Shown: positions 16,006 through 25,630, counted from the first letter of the stretch. The stretch is 64,000 nucleotides of DNA from Candidatus Omnitrophota bacterium (GCA_028707125.1 JAQTUX010000002.1:272355-336354), one strand, 5' to 3'. Made by a program: numbers and translations. The notes: generated from the letters alone by a model not told the origin.

Positions 16006-17034
16006 CTAAAACAAACCTTCGACCCTGGTATTGCAGGACGGACACAAGCCGCCCTTAAGGTTATTCCGGGAAACGCTGAAACCCTGCCTTTTTATAAGAA
16101 CGGTATTACAATTACCGCAGAATGTGTCTTCCCTGCCTCCGGGCACATTCCCGGTATACACATACTTAAGCCCGGCCGCCTTCCCTAAACCATACGCCAT
16201 CTCTAACGTCTCAACGGGAGTGGCCTCCACATCATTCATTTTGTAATCCGGATGAAACCTTGATATGTGCCAGGGGATCTCCCTGCCGACGGAAGCGATG
16301 AACGCGGCGGCCTCTCCCAGCTCTTCCTTTGAATCGTTAAGGCCGGGGATGACCAGCGTTGTCACCTCGACCCAGATGCCGATCTCCTTCATATGCCGTA
16401 TTGATTCGCATACCGGCTTAAGGCGCGCCTTGCAGACCTTGCGGTAAAACTCGTCGGAAAACGCCTTCAGGTCAACGTTGGCGGCGTCAAAATAACCTTT
16501 TGAAAGATCAAGCGCCTCCCGGGTCATATAGCCGTTTGTCACAAGGATATTAAGCAGCCCCTCTTTTCCGGCAAGCCCCGCGGTCTCATAGGCGTATTCA
16601 AAGAAAATCGTGGGCTCGGTATAGGTATAGGAGATGCTGGCCGCGCCGCCCGCCTTTGCCTGCTTCACTACCTCACGCGGCGGCATTCTCTGCGCCTTGT
16701 CATCCCCGCCTTCACTGTACCCTGTCTGTGAGATCTGCCAGTTCTGGCAAAAACCGCACCTGAAATTACAGCCGTATGCGGCTATGGAAAAGGATTTAGA
16801 ACCCGGAAGCACATGAAAGAGCGGCTTTTTTTCTATAGGGTCAAAATTCGCGGCCGCTACATCAGCGTAAGCGTAAGTATAAAGCCGGCCTTTTTTGTTC
16901 TGCCTGACGCCGCAGAAACCAAACTCACCGTCTTTTATCAAACAACGATGGGAACACAGAAAACAGGAAACGTCATTGCCGGAAACCTGCCTGTAAAGCA
17001 GCGCCTCACTGCGCATTTGAAAACAGGGACACAT
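16006..17034 (-). CDS. amrS: AmmeMemoRadiSam-system radical SAM enzyme (PflA-like activase family)
   Basis: 342 aa. CNFRCGFCQN is a radical SAM CxxxCxxC motif, and an N-terminal Cys cluster (CFLCSHRC…FCG) is present. Overall similarity to the AmrS family is recognised from knowledge. Confidence 0.75.
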   Translation of the reverse strand: MCPCFQMRSEALLYRQVSGNDVSCFLCSHRCLIKDGEFGFCGVRQNKKGRLYTYAYADVAAANFDPIEKKPLFHVLPGSKSFSIAAYGCNFRCGFCQNWQISQTGYSEGGDDKAQRMPPREVVKQAKAGGAASISYTYTEPTIFFEYAYETAGLAGKEGLLNILVTNGYMTREALDLSKGYFDAANVDLKAFSDEFYRKVCKARLKPVCESIRHMKEIGIWVEVTTLVIPGLNDSKEELGEAAAFIASVGREIPWHISRFHPDYKMNDVEATPVETLEMAYGLGKAAGLKYVYTGNVPGGREDTFCGNCNTVLIKRQGFSVSRNNLKGGLCPSCNTRVEGLF

Positions 17035-17077
17035 CCCATCTTTTAGCCGGAAACGAACAGGATGTGTCCCTTTTTTT
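17026..17077 (-). promoter_or_regulatory. 11-bp perfect GC-rich hairpin (GGGACACATCC / GGATGTGTCCC) that pairs the amrS start codon, followed by a T-run
   Basis: Seen directly. The arm at 17026-17036 contains the complement of ATG-TGT-CCC (amrS codons 1-3). The pairing arm is at 17060-17070 and TTTTTTT follows on the plus strand (17071-17077). The 23-nt loop carries a weak SD. Confidence 0.6.
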
Positions 17078-17753
17078 ATTTCTTTGCCTTAACCTTGTCA
17101 ATAAAAGCGGCTACTGAATCCCCGATTATGTCTTTGCAACCCAGGCCTATCGCGATGGCAAGGCCCAAACCCAAAGAGCCGATCAAGATAGTCAAGACCC
17201 TTTCTACTATAACGGCGCCTATCTTCAACTGCTCAAGGACGATCGCGATCGTGAATATTATGGTTATTACCTCGGCAATCTTGCCCAGAAGCTTGCTCTG
17301 TACAACGCCCGCGTTGGCGGTGGCCGCCTGCACGAGCGAACTTAATAAAGTGGCTACGAACATACCCAGGATCAAAACAAAGATAGCGGCGATTATATTA
17401 GGTATGTAAAGCACGATCCTGTTGAGTATGTCGGCGGCGGCAGTCAAGCCCAGGGTATTGACCGCTATAACCAGCGCGATCAACAATATCAACCAATAAC
17501 TGACCACGCTTATGAGTTCAGATACGCTGTACTTAATGCCGCCCTTTGCGAGGATCTCGCCGAGTTTGATCTGTTCGCAGAGCTTGTCCAGAGAAATGAT
17601 ATCCAGCACCTTCAGCACGAGCCTCTTCACAATGCGCGCAATGACCCATCCGACCGCGAGGATCGCCAAGACCCCCAGTATGGCCATAATAAATTCGCCG
17701 ATCTGGCCAAGCATGGTCTTGATGGGCTCCAGCAAAACTACTGTCCAACTCAT
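17076..17753 (-). CDS. membrane protein with repeated conserved TM-helix motifs (MscS-N-terminal-like TM_helix family)
   Basis: Start MSWTVVLL (17753), preceded by GGAGGTG. There are several similar TM segments (…LGQIGEFIMAILGVLAILAVGWVIARIV…, …LLGKIAEVITIIFTIAIVL…). The family assignment is tentative. Confidence 0.5.
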   Translation of the reverse strand: MSWTVVLLEPIKTMLGQIGEFIMAILGVLAILAVGWVIARIVKRLVLKVLDIISLDKLCEQIKLGEILAKGGIKYSVSELISVVSYWLILLIALVIAVNTLGLTAAADILNRIVLYIPNIIAAIFVLILGMFVATLLSSLVQAATANAGVVQSKLLGKIAEVITIIFTIAIVLEQLKIGAVIVERVLTILIGSLGLGLAIAIGLGCKDIIGDSVAAFIDKVKAKK

Positions 17754-17807
17754 ACGCACCTCCTTTTTGCTAACTCTATCACTCCTGAAAAGGCGTGTCA
17801 AGGGTTT

Positions 17808-18584
17808 TTAGACGGGTAAGGTCATACCGTCGTACGCGGCAGAAACGTCTATGCCGCTTTCCCGGGCAAAGGCCTCGCAGAGGATATGCGGCTTATGCGC
17901 GAGCATGGTCATGCCGAAATGCGTAAGTACCGCCTTTTTCGGCCTGATATTCTCAATTATCTTCTTTGCCTCGGGAAAAGAAAGGTGCTGCACATCGGGG
18001 CGCGGTTCATAGAAAACTACGGAAATTATTAATATATCCGCTTTATAGAAATCCTCCAGTCCGCCGAAATAAGCCGTATCCGTGATCAAAGAAACGCTGC
18101 TGCCGGCCAGTTTAATCTTAAGGCCGTATGTCTCTGCCGGATGCCGGTGCCTGGGAGAGGTCATGAATTTAAGATCCTTGACCGCGTACTCCGACTCCGA
18201 CTCCAGAAATTCAATGCGCTCGGGAAAGGCCTCGGCATGCTTTAATATCACGGAGTCAACGCCTATTGTATCCTTGGGACAAAAAACAACTCCTCGTTTT
18301 TTGGACCCGCCTTCGGTCATCGCCTCGATCATAACGTTTATATCGCCTGAATGGTCAAGGTGCCTGTGGGTAAGTATGATGCCGTCCAATTTGGAGGGGT
18401 CAAGCTTCGGCCTGCTCATCGCGCAGCGCGCGATGCTGCCGGGCCCGGGGTCCACGATCACATTGGCTGCCTGCGAATGGATCCATAGCCCGCCTGAGGC
18501 GCGAAGCTGCTTTATCATTACGAACCTCGCGCCGGCGGTACCTAAGAATTTGATCCAGTTATCCGGCTTGGATTCTGTCTTCAT
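17808..18584 (-). CDS. MBL-fold metallo-hydrolase
   Basis: 258 aa with a beta-lactamase-fold metal-binding motif (THRHLDHSGD) and downstream His/Asp residues. Confidence 0.7.
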   Translation of the reverse strand: MKTESKPDNWIKFLGTAGARFVMIKQLRASGGLWIHSQAANVIVDPGPGSIARCAMSRPKLDPSKLDGIILTHRHLDHSGDINVMIEAMTEGGSKKRGVVFCPKDTIGVDSVILKHAEAFPERIEFLESESEYAVKDLKFMTSPRHRHPAETYGLKIKLAGSSVSLITDTAYFGGLEDFYKADILIISVVFYEPRPDVQHLSFPEAKKIIENIRPKKAVLTHFGMTMLAHKPHILCEAFARESGIDVSAAYDGMTLPV

Positions 18585-18618
18585 ATAAACCTTGACGCTT
18601 TAGCACCTTGATACTTGA

Positions 18619-19092
18619 TCACTTAAGCCAGACCTTACGCAGCTCCTCCGTGATCCTGCGTTCCTGAGAAGAATCGATCTCTGCCTTAGGGATACGCCCT
18701 GATATGTCCTTCTTTTGGCCCTTCATAATAAAATCTGATGAGCCCATAACGCACACGCCCAGCGCCTTCATTGAAGCGCGAAGCTCCCTGTCATCGGAAA
18801 CAACTATTATGTCCCGAGGTTTACCGCCTGCCCCCGCGATCTGCCGTATCTTATCGTCCGCGGAGGACGAGCCGCTGAAGACCACCTCAATTCCCCCGCG
18901 TCTTTCCTGAAAGGCGGGATCGGCATTACCGTCAAAGACAACCGTTACCCTGTTCCTTTTGGAACCGCAGACATTATTATTGATTATGAAATCAACCAGG
19001 CGTGTTTTATGGTCTTCGAGAGCCGAATTAACTTTAGGAAAGCCGCGCCTTTTTGCGACGTTGAAGCCATCTAGAATGTAATGCAAAGGCAT
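18619..19092 (-). CDS. NYN-domain (YacP/Rae1-like) predicted ribonuclease
   Basis: 157 aa. N-terminal …ILDGFNV… and acidic residues (…VVFDG…, …VVSDD…) typical of YacP-like NYN/PIN nucleases. Confidence 0.6.
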   Translation of the reverse strand: MPLHYILDGFNVAKRRGFPKVNSALEDHKTRLVDFIINNNVCGSKRNRVTVVFDGNADPAFQERRGGIEVVFSGSSSADDKIRQIAGAGGKPRDIIVVSDDRELRASMKALGVCVMGSSDFIMKGQKKDISGRIPKAEIDSSQERRITEELRKVWLK

Positions 19093-20011
19093 ATACTATC
19101 CCTCCGGCAATGCCGGCCAGAAGAAGAAAGCCGAAATTTATAAGCGACATTGCCAACGCGGCGTTATGCGCCATGCCCACCTTTGTAAAAAAGAACACCG
19201 TGCTCATATCCCTTAAGCCAAGCCCGCCTATGGAAACAGGCAGGATGGTAATGGTAGTAACCACAGGTACGAATATAAAAAAATATATGAGCGGGATGTC
19301 GGCCCCCAGCGCCCTGGCAGTCAGCCAGAAGATCAACGGCGTCATCGCCTGAATGGCCACGGAAATAAAGAAATTCTTCGTGATCACGGCTGAACGCGAA
19401 CGAAAATGGTAGATCTCCTGATGAAGGTTCTTAAGGTAGGCCCTTATGCCCTTTTCGTGATGCGACTTAAGCAGGCTATTCACAAACAAAAACACCCTCT
19501 CGTTAAACAGGACGATGATCAGCGCTAACAGGATAAAGGCGACCGCCGCTATAATGAAAAACACAACCGGCTCGTCGCTTATATACCTGTAACCCAAAAG
19601 CAGGGCAACGATGGCAACAGATACCAGCCCCACAAAACCGCTTATCCTGTCCAGCAAAACCGTGGCTACTACCTCCTTTGAACTCCTGGTGTGTATGACC
19701 AGGTCCATGGAACGGACCACATCCCCGCCGATAGTGGAAGGCAGGAATAGATTAAAGAAGTTACCGCCTAAGAAAGAGACCGCTACGCGGCGCAAGGGTA
19801 TATGGAGCATCACCCCTCTTAAAAGCATATCCCAGCGTATAAGCGCCAACAGATAAAGGAAAAGTAATAGTAAAAACGCGGCTATTATGTAAACAGGGTC
19901 CGCCTTTGAAATAGTAACCCGCAATTCTTCTATATTAACCTTGCTGAACAAAAAGAACAGCAGCAGGATGCTTACGCTGACCCTTAGACCAATATTAAGC
20001 GCCTTTTTCAC
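19034..20011 (-). CDS. polytopic membrane protein, lysylphosphatidylglycerol-synthase-TM / flippase-like (UPF0104) family
   Basis: 325 aa with about 8 TM segments, a Gly-rich loop and basic tails. Its 3' end overlaps the NYN gene start by 59 nt. Confidence 0.45.
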   Translation of the reverse strand: MKKALNIGLRVSVSILLLFFLFSKVNIEELRVTISKADPVYIIAAFLLLLFLYLLALIRWDMLLRGVMLHIPLRRVAVSFLGGNFFNLFLPSTIGGDVVRSMDLVIHTRSSKEVVATVLLDRISGFVGLVSVAIVALLLGYRYISDEPVVFFIIAAVAFILLALIIVLFNERVFLFVNSLLKSHHEKGIRAYLKNLHQEIYHFRSRSAVITKNFFISVAIQAMTPLIFWLTARALGADIPLIYFFIFVPVVTTITILPVSIGGLGLRDMSTVFFFTKVGMAHNAALAMSLINFGFLLLAGIAGGIVYAFALHSRWLQRRKKARLS

Positions 20012-20940
20012 TTAACGGCCCCTTCCAGATACTTTACCGCCGAGAACCCTGCCTGCGCCCCGTCGCCGCAGGCGGTAATGAATTGATACAGGTCCTTCCT
20101 GCGGCAGTCGCCGCAGGCAAATATGCCGGATGAGCCGGTATTCATCAGCTCATCCGTAAGGATAAAGCCGTCTTTATCCAACTTCAACGCGCCCCCGGCA
20201 AACTCTGTATTGGGCAATATACCTACAAAAATAAACACGCCGTCGGCAGGCATCGCGTCTTTCTTTCCCGTCTTTACATTTGTTATTTTCACCGCCTCAA
20301 CCCTGGCGCTGCCGGTTATTTCTTCAACCACGCTGTCAAGGGCAAAATGGATATTTCCGCTTGCCTCCGCGCGTTTCTGAAGTATCCTTGATGCCCTGAA
20401 TCTATCCCGCCTGTGCACTATGGTTACTTTTTTCGCTATCCGGGAAAGGAAGAGCGCCTCTTCGATCGCTTTGTCGCCTCCGCCTATTACTATTACCTCT
20501 TTACCTCTGTACAGCGGACCGTCGCAGGTAGCGCAATAGGAAACGCCCTTACCGCTGAGTTCGGACTCGCCGGGGATACCAAGCTTTTTCGGACTGGCCC
20601 CTGAGGCGATTATCAAGGCCCTTGACCTGAACTCCCTGTCTGCCGTAAAGACCTGTTTTTCGTCGGCCGCGTGGCCGGCTCCGATGCGTATTGCTTCTCC
20701 TTCTTCTATTCTAACGCCGAAACCCTCTGCCTGTTTACGCAGCCGCTCTGCCAGCTCAAAACTGCCTATGCCTTCCGGAAAACCGGGATAGTTCTCTATT
20801 CTTTCTGTAAGGATGATCTGGCCGCCTACACACAGCCGCTCCAGGATAAGCGTGTTGTAAAGCGCCCTGCCGGTATAAATGCCGGCGGTAAGCCCTGCTG
20901 CCGAAGCGCCTATTATAATACAGTCATACGTGTCATTCAT
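20008..20940 (-). CDS. trxB: thioredoxin-disulfide reductase (copy 2)
   Basis: 310 aa. FAD motif IIGASAAG, redox-active CATCDG and VIGGGDKA. Paralogous to the gene at 171-1076. Confidence 0.85.
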   Translation of the reverse strand: MNDTYDCIIIGASAAGLTAGIYTGRALYNTLILERLCVGGQIILTERIENYPGFPEGIGSFELAERLRKQAEGFGVRIEEGEAIRIGAGHAADEKQVFTADREFRSRALIIASGASPKKLGIPGESELSGKGVSYCATCDGPLYRGKEVIVIGGGDKAIEEALFLSRIAKKVTIVHRRDRFRASRILQKRAEASGNIHFALDSVVEEITGSARVEAVKITNVKTGKKDAMPADGVFIFVGILPNTEFAGGALKLDKDGFILTDELMNTGSSGIFACGDCRRKDLYQFITACGDGAQAGFSAVKYLEGAVK

Positions 20941-20944
20941 ACGG

Positions 20945-21682
20945 CTAAAAGTACACGGGAAATATCAATCTCATGATCGGCTCATACCAGAATATGGAAA
21001 CAAGCGCGGCCAGCGAAAGAAAGGGCCCGTAGGGTATAGTGTGGTCTTTTTTCTTTAATAAAATATAAACGCCTACGGCCGTGCCGAAAAAAGGCGCGGC
21101 GAAAAACGTAAACAGCGCTTTTTTGTATCCCAAAAAAGCGCCTATCATGGCCAGAAGCTTCACATCCCCTCCGCCCATGGTCTCCTTCTTGAAGATAAAA
21201 TCGCCTAAAAGGCCCGTAAGATATATGACGCCTCCTCCGATCAGGATCCCAAGCAGCGAGTCAATGTTATGGTTAAAGACAAAACCGGCTATTATCCCTC
21301 CTATCGAAACCTCATCCGGTATAATGCGGTGTTTCAAATCCACAAATGTGGCGACGATCAGGCCGCAGGACAGGACCGCGTAAGAAACACTTTCAAATCC
21401 CAACCCGAATCTGCTGTATAAGGAAAAAAACGCGCCTGCCGTAAGTAATTCAACAAAAGGATAGACAAAGGATATCCTGCCGCCGCATGACCTGCATTTG
21501 GCCCTGAGTATCAGAAAGCTGACAATAGGTATGTTATCGTACCAGGATATTACATGATCGCATCTGGGGCAGAATGACCGGGGGGGCTTGTTGACCGGCT
21601 TTCCCAGCGGCAGGCGGTATATGCAGACATTGAGGAAACTGCCTACGCACAGGCCTAAAATTAATACAATGGCTATAGCCAA
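20945..21682 (-). CDS. prepilin peptidase (A24 family)
   Basis: 245 aa with the N-terminal Cys-rich Zn-binding region (CPRCDH…CRSCG) and a polytopic peptidase domain with a conserved Asp (…IPDEV…, …GGGDVKL…). Confidence 0.8.
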   Translation of the reverse strand: MAIAIVLILGLCVGSFLNVCIYRLPLGKPVNKPPRSFCPRCDHVISWYDNIPIVSFLILRAKCRSCGGRISFVYPFVELLTAGAFFSLYSRFGLGFESVSYAVLSCGLIVATFVDLKHRIIPDEVSIGGIIAGFVFNHNIDSLLGILIGGGVIYLTGLLGDFIFKKETMGGGDVKLLAMIGAFLGYKKALFTFFAAPFFGTAVGVYILLKKKDHTIPYGPFLSLAALVSIFWYEPIMRLIFPVYF

Positions 21683-21685
21683 TTA

Positions 21686-22543
21686 TTACCTACTTTTCTC
21701 TATCGCCAACTGCAGGGCCTTTCTCATGGTCTCTATGGGGGGAGTCCGCTTCTCCCAGATCTCAAAGGCGAGAACGCCCTGATAAAGAAGCATACCCAGG
21801 CCGTTTGTCACCTTGAACCCTCTTCTCTTGGCCTCGCGCAGCAGCCTTGTTTCCTGCGGGTTGTAAAGCAAGTCATAGACCAATATGCGGGAGGGCAGCC
21901 TGTCGATATCTATGATCAGCGGATCGTCTTTATGAAGCCCTGTCGGGGTAGCGTTAATAAGAAGGTCGCTTTTCTCTACCGGCAGATCCGCTATGCTGCC
22001 GTAACTCCGGATATCACAATCGGGGAATTTGGCCGACATATCCCTGGCCAGCGTACCGCACTTTGACTGGTCTATGTCAAACAGAGAGATGCTCGATGTA
22101 CGCGCCTTTGCCAGATAATAGGTAAGCGCCCTTGCCGCTCCACCCGCGCCCACGATCGAGGCCGCCTTGCCCACGGGGCCAAACTTCATCTCGCTGCTTA
22201 AGTGCTGCAGGAAGCCGGCTCCGTCGGTATTAAACCCGCTCATCCTGTCCTTTTCAATTACTATTGTATTTACCGCGCCGATCGCGCGGGCGTCCTCCGA
22301 TAATTCATCTATAAAGGCGATCACCGCTTCCTTATGCGGCAGGGTAACGTTCAGGCCGCGGATACCCAGATACCTGACCTTGCCCATAAAATCAGGCAGG
22401 TTGGGCGGCTCAACTGAAAACAGCCGGTACTCCGCCTTTATGCCCATTTCTTTGAACGCGGCATTATGCATTATGGCGGAAAAGCTGTGGGACACAGGAT
22501 GGCCTATCACTCCGTAAACCGCTTTTGTGTGTTTGGTATTCAT
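21686..22543 (-). CDS. aroE: shikimate dehydrogenase
   Basis: 285 aa. Shikimate-binding N-terminus (…VIGHPVSHSFS…) and NADP Rossmann (…VGAGGAARA…). Confidence 0.85.
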   Translation of the reverse strand: MNTKHTKAVYGVIGHPVSHSFSAIMHNAAFKEMGIKAEYRLFSVEPPNLPDFMGKVRYLGIRGLNVTLPHKEAVIAFIDELSEDARAIGAVNTIVIEKDRMSGFNTDGAGFLQHLSSEMKFGPVGKAASIVGAGGAARALTYYLAKARTSSISLFDIDQSKCGTLARDMSAKFPDCDIRSYGSIADLPVEKSDLLINATPTGLHKDDPLIIDIDRLPSRILVYDLLYNPQETRLLREAKRRGFKVTNGLGMLLYQGVLAFEIWEKRTPPIETMRKALQLAIEKSR

Positions 22544-22545
22544 TT

Positions 22546-23025
22546 TTATTTACTCTTTAAGGCGACGCCGAAGAATACCCCCCACTGTTCATCAGAAAAT
22601 CTGGCGAAAGGAAAAGTGTACATATCCACTAGTTTGATCCGTATTTCCTCAATAGTTAACTGGCGGTATACCTTGGGCCAGTTCCTGCCGCGGGGGTTGT
22701 CCATGTAGCGCCGTCCGTAAACAATGTCCCAGAATTCCTGCCACTCCAACCGGTCAAAATTCTTGAACGGCTCTCCCACATAAAGGGCAAGCTGCGTCTC
22801 CGCGATCGCCGTGCTCAGCGGCCTTCTCCTTTGTTCCTGTTTCACGCCGCCGGCAAACTCTTTCTTGAACTTGCCCAGGGAATTTAACAGGGCCAGCCAA
22901 TCCCCCCTTAAGTTAGACCTGGCAGCCAACATAAGCGCCGCGACCACAAAGCCCGAGACGATCAGTACCCTTAAGAAATGCCTATCTTCCATGGTAAACA
23001 CCTGCCATGGACTTATTGACGGCAT
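22546..23025 (-). CDS. hypothetical membrane-anchored protein
   Basis: 159 aa with an N-terminal TM segment and no recognisable domain. The start is uncertain (an alternative Met at 22992 would reduce the overlap with the upstream gene). Confidence 0.35.
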   Translation of the reverse strand: MPSISPWQVFTMEDRHFLRVLIVSGFVVAALMLAARSNLRGDWLALLNSLGKFKKEFAGGVKQEQRRRPLSTAIAETQLALYVGEPFKNFDRLEWQEFWDIVYGRRYMDNPRGRNWPKVYRQLTIEEIRIKLVDMYTFPFARFSDEQWGVFFGVALKSK

Positions 23026-24502
23026 TTAAATACGCCTTTACAGACGCCTCTATTATATCCGTACTTGAGGCGCGGGAGGCGATTACCGCGTCTTTTATCC
23101 TGGCCTTGATATTCACTTCGCCTAAAGCGTCTTTTCCGGAAGTGACCGCCTCAATGCGGTAATCCAGAAGTTTCCCGCGTAAGCCCGTGATCTTATCCAC
23201 AGCCTTGTAGCAGGCGTCGACCGGCCCATCGCCGCTGGAGCGGGCCTCATGGATCTTTTTCCTGTATTTTATCCTGACCGTCGCCTCAGGCACGATATCC
23301 GTGCCTGTGACCACGCGTACTGAAATCAGCTCATAGGCCTTTTTTTTCTGAGCCGTCTCTTCCTCCACCAGGGCGATCAGATCATCATCGTAGACTTCTT
23401 TCTTCTTATCGGCCAGCCGCTTGAAATTCTTAAAGATCTCATTGATCTTGCCCCGGTTAAACTTAAACCCTAAGCCATTCAATCTCCCGGAGAGCGCGTG
23501 CCTTCCAGAATGTTTACCGAGGACCAGTTCCGTTGAGCTGAACCCTACGTCCCTGGGGTCCATTATTTCATATGTGGTCCTCTTCTTGATCACCGCGTCC
23601 TGATGAATGCCGGACTCATGGCGAAAGGCGTTCCTGCCCACCACCGCCTTGTTAGGCGCGACCACAAAACCGGTGAAACTGCTCACTAAACGCGAGACCT
23701 TAAAAAGGTTCCTGGTATTTATACCGGTATAGAGATCACCGAAGGTATCCTTGCGCGTCTTAAGCGCCATAACGATCTCCTCCAAAGACGCGTTGCCGGC
23801 GCGCTCGCCGACGCCGTTTATGGTGCAATGCGCCTGCCTCGCTCCGGCCAAAACCGCGGACAACGAGTTGGCGGTAGCCATCCCCAGGTCGTCATGGCAG
23901 TGGATAGAGAGTACGGCCTTATTTATATTAGGCACATTGTCCAGGATATCGGTCACCAGAGAATATATCTCCTGCGGATAGCTGTAGCCGACCGTATCGG
24001 GGATATTGATCGTAGAGGCGCCCTCATTGATCACCGCCTCGATAACGCGGTAGATAAAATCCCGCTCGGTGCGCGTAGCGTCTTCCGGAGAAAATTCTAT
24101 ATCACTACAGAGCCGGCGCGCGTCCCGGGTTGAGCTCGCGGCCAACCTGAGTATCTCATCCTCCGCCTTGCGGAATTTATAGCGCATATGTATTTTTGAA
24201 GTAGCCAGAAATAAGTGCACGCGCGGATGCCTGGCGGCCTTGACGGATTTAGCCGCGGCTGTAATATCGCCCTTAACGCAGCGGGCAAGCGCGCATACGG
24301 CGCTGCGCCTGATATTCCTGGCGACCGCGCTTACCGCCTTAAAATCATCGGGGCTGGCAATGGGGAAACCCGCTTCGATCACATCCACGCCCAGTTTTTC
24401 CAACTGATAGGCCAGCTCAAGCTTCTGTTCCGAGGCCATAGACGCGCCCGGCGCCTGTTCCCCATCCCTCAACGTTGTATCAAAAATAATTATCTTTTCC
24501 AT
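22982..24502 (-). CDS. leuA: 2-isopropylmalate synthase / (R)-citramalate synthase family (LeuA/CimA)
   Basis: 506 aa. DRE-TIM metallolyase N-terminus (…FDTTLRDGEQAPG…), …HCHDDLG… motif and a C-terminal LeuA regulatory domain. Confidence 0.8.
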   Translation of the reverse strand: MEKIIIFDTTLRDGEQAPGASMASEQKLELAYQLEKLGVDVIEAGFPIASPDDFKAVSAVARNIRRSAVCALARCVKGDITAAAKSVKAARHPRVHLFLATSKIHMRYKFRKAEDEILRLAASSTRDARRLCSDIEFSPEDATRTERDFIYRVIEAVINEGASTINIPDTVGYSYPQEIYSLVTDILDNVPNINKAVLSIHCHDDLGMATANSLSAVLAGARQAHCTINGVGERAGNASLEEIVMALKTRKDTFGDLYTGINTRNLFKVSRLVSSFTGFVVAPNKAVVGRNAFRHESGIHQDAVIKKRTTYEIMDPRDVGFSSTELVLGKHSGRHALSGRLNGLGFKFNRGKINEIFKNFKRLADKKKEVYDDDLIALVEEETAQKKKAYELISVRVVTGTDIVPEATVRIKYRKKIHEARSSGDGPVDACYKAVDKITGLRGKLLDYRIEAVTSGKDALGEVNIKARIKDAVIASRASSTDIIEASVKAYLNAVNKSMAGVYHGR

Positions 24503-24508
24503 TTTATT

Positions 24509-24566
24509 TCTTCATTAAAACAAAGTCTGCCTCTGGCGTTTAGACTTTGTTTTATCCTGTGCTCTG
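24509..24566 (-). terminator. two stem-loops between ilvC and leuA/cimA (possible partial terminator/attenuator)
   Basis: Seen directly: CCTGTGC-tct-GCACAGG (7-bp stem) and AAACAAAGTCT-n13-AGACTTTGTTT (11-bp stem). On the minus-strand transcript the second hairpin is followed by UUUUAAUG, immediately before the leuA start. Confidence 0.45.
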
Positions 24567-24575
24567 CACAGGACC

Positions 24576-25610
24576 TTATTTCTTCATCCACGGCATCATC
24601 TCTCTAAGTTGTTTGCCGACTTTCTCTATCAGATGCTCGTCCCCTTCTTTTAATAATTTGTTAAATACGGGGCGGCCCTTTTCGTTCTCCGCTATCCACT
24701 CTTTCGCGAAAGAGCCGTCCTGCACCTCTTTGAGGATCTGCTTCATCTCAGAGCGCGTCTTTTCGGTAATAACGCGTTTCCCGCGGCTCAGGTCTCCGTA
24801 GCAGGCGGTGTTGGAAACCCTGCGCCTCATGCCGCTTATGCCTGTTTCCTGTATAAGGTCTGTGATAAGCTTCAGTTCGTGAAGGACTTCAAAATAGGCG
24901 ATCTCCGGCTGATAGCCGGCCCCGATCAACGTGTCAAATCCGGCTTTGATCAATTCGCTGACGCCGCCGCAGAGCACTGCCTGCTCTCCGAAAAGGTCTG
25001 TCTCCGTCTCCTCTTTGAACGTTGTCTCAATTACGCCTGCCTTGGTCGCCCCTAACGCCTTCGCGTAGCTCAACCCCAGCTTCAAGGCGTTGCCGCTGGC
25101 GTTCTGGAATACCGCTATCAACGACGGAACGCCTTTCTTTTCCTCATACATCCTTCTCACCAATGCCCCCGGCCCTTTAGGCGCGACCATAAATACGTCT
25201 ATGTCCTTAGGCGGGACTATCTGCTGGAAATGTATGTTAAAACCGTGTGAGAAACATAATGCTTTCTGGCTTTGGCTATTGGAGGCCAAACCACCGCCCC
25301 CTGGCTTGCCTTTCTTCAGGTTCGGCTCTATGGATTCCTTATATACCTTTGCCTGCACATGGTCCTGAGTCAATATCTGGATTATGTCCGCCTGCTTTGC
25401 CGCCTCGGCTGCCGCCACCGGCTTAAATCCGTCTTTTTTGGCTATCTCAAAATTAGGGGACTGCTCTACCTCGGACACAATGACATCTACGCCGGAATCC
25501 CGCAGGTTTAAACTCTGTCCCCTGCCTTGTATCCCGTATCCTATGATCGCCACCTTCTTACCATTCAATAAATTCAGATCAGCGTCCTTATCGTAATAAA
25601 TCTTTAACAT
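24576..25610 (-). CDS. ilvC: ketol-acid reductoisomerase
   Basis: 344 aa. N-terminal Rossmann (…[10 protein letters not shown]…) and conserved KARI C-terminal domain. Carries an atypical Gly-rich insertion (…[19 protein letters not shown]…). Confidence 0.85.
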   Translation of the reverse strand: MLKIYYDKDADLNLLNGKKVAIIGYGIQGRGQSLNLRDSGVDVIVSEVEQSPNFEIAKKDGFKPVAAAEAAKQADIIQILTQDHVQAKVYKESIEPNLKKGKPGGGGLASNSQSQKALCFSHGFNIHFQQIVPPKDIDVFMVAPKGPGALVRRMYEEKKGVPSLIAVFQNASGNALKLGLSYAKALGATKAGVIETTFKEETETDLFGEQAVLCGGVSELIKAGFDTLIGAGYQPEIAYFEVLHELKLITDLIQETGISGMRRRVSNTACYGDLSRGKRVITEKTRSEMKQILKEVQDGSFAKEWIAENEKGRPVFNKLLKEGDEHLIEKVGKQLREMMPWMKK

Positions 25611-25630
25611 ATTTTCCTCCGATTATATTG

